Source: Octopus sinensis (taxonomy: Eukaryota). From it: 64,000 bases of DNA. Both the position numbers and the translations under genes were made by a program. Under the pieces are notes generated by a model. It had not been told where the DNA came from and made no database searches. It saw nothing but the letters and a program-made list of their open reading frames with translations. Location: NCBI RefSeq assembly GCF_006345805.1, contig NC_042999.1:139004001-139068000 (forward strand), written 5' to 3'. Of this stretch, positions 63,526 through 64,000 are shown piece by piece (the stretch's first letter is position 1; every line of letters begins with the position of its first letter).

Positions 63526-64000
63526 GTTGATTTACTGAGCACATCGTTTTTTTTTGAACCTGTGAATAGTTGTTTTGTTTGGTTTGCTTTTGTGAATAAT
63601 ACTTGTTAATTGCTGTTGTTGAACTTTGTCTGTTTTGTGACAGACGAAAAAACTGTTGTTCCCCTTTGTAAAGGGGCGGTGGGGGGATAATTACATTTTG
63701 TATACACACAAAAATTTCTGTTTGAAATAAAAAATGATGAATAGTGAAGATTCGTCGTCTTCCAGTGTAACTATTGAAGAATCGTTTTCTTCCAGTCAAA
63801 AAAGTGTAACTATTGAAGATACGTCTTCGAAAAGTGGAGGTAAAATAATGAATGTTAACGAAAGCACAGACTCGGAAAAAAAGGATACCCCAAACGCAAA
63901 CCAAAAAAAGTACACCTTCGCAGCTGCGGCTGAACTTAAGAGAGAAGTCCTATGCATTCATAACAATAAACTGATGAAACACAAAGATATGTATACCAGG

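Noticed and set aside
8327-63977. Other CTGATGA heptamers (8327, 17215, 54159, 63971)
   Set aside because: No stem II followed by GAAA for the first three. The last is cut off by the window end and cannot be evaluated.
1-64000. CRISPR arrays, operons, rRNA
   Set aside because: None seen. The tandem repeats have no unique spacers, and the DNA is spliced eukaryotic sequence.

Overview
AT-rich, repeat-dense animal genomic DNA, most likely a cephalopod (Octopus-like). The taxon is inferred from composition, long (TA)n/(CA)n tracts and the SINE/RTE repertoire, not from a database match. The only host gene I can support is a minus-strand multi-CRD galectin. Seven exons between 712 and 32996 splice in frame with canonical GT-AG sites. 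They give a Lys/Pro/Glu-rich N-terminal segment and two tandem galectin domains, each from an 89 / 193-199 / 120 nt exon triplet. The reading frame is still open at a strong donor near the left edge. A phase-compatible start exon (ATG CCC G|GTGAGT) is a candidate at 60678-60684. The rest is intron or intergenic sequence filled with tRNA-derived SINEs, RTE-clade LINE pieces, a defective mariner, hAT- and piggyBac-like MITEs and microsatellites. The most unusual signal is three unrelated short fold-back (inverted-repeat) elements at about 36.1-36.5, 46.7-47.0 and 61.8-62.2 kb. Each carries a minimal type I hammerhead ribozyme with a palindromic stem III, the Penelope-like-element type. One is fused to tRNA-like Pol III heads in a back-to-back dimer, one has a compensatory G3:C8 core, and one has 142-bp perfect arms. 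A visible switch from CpG-decayed to CpG-intact repeats occurs near 40.4 kb.
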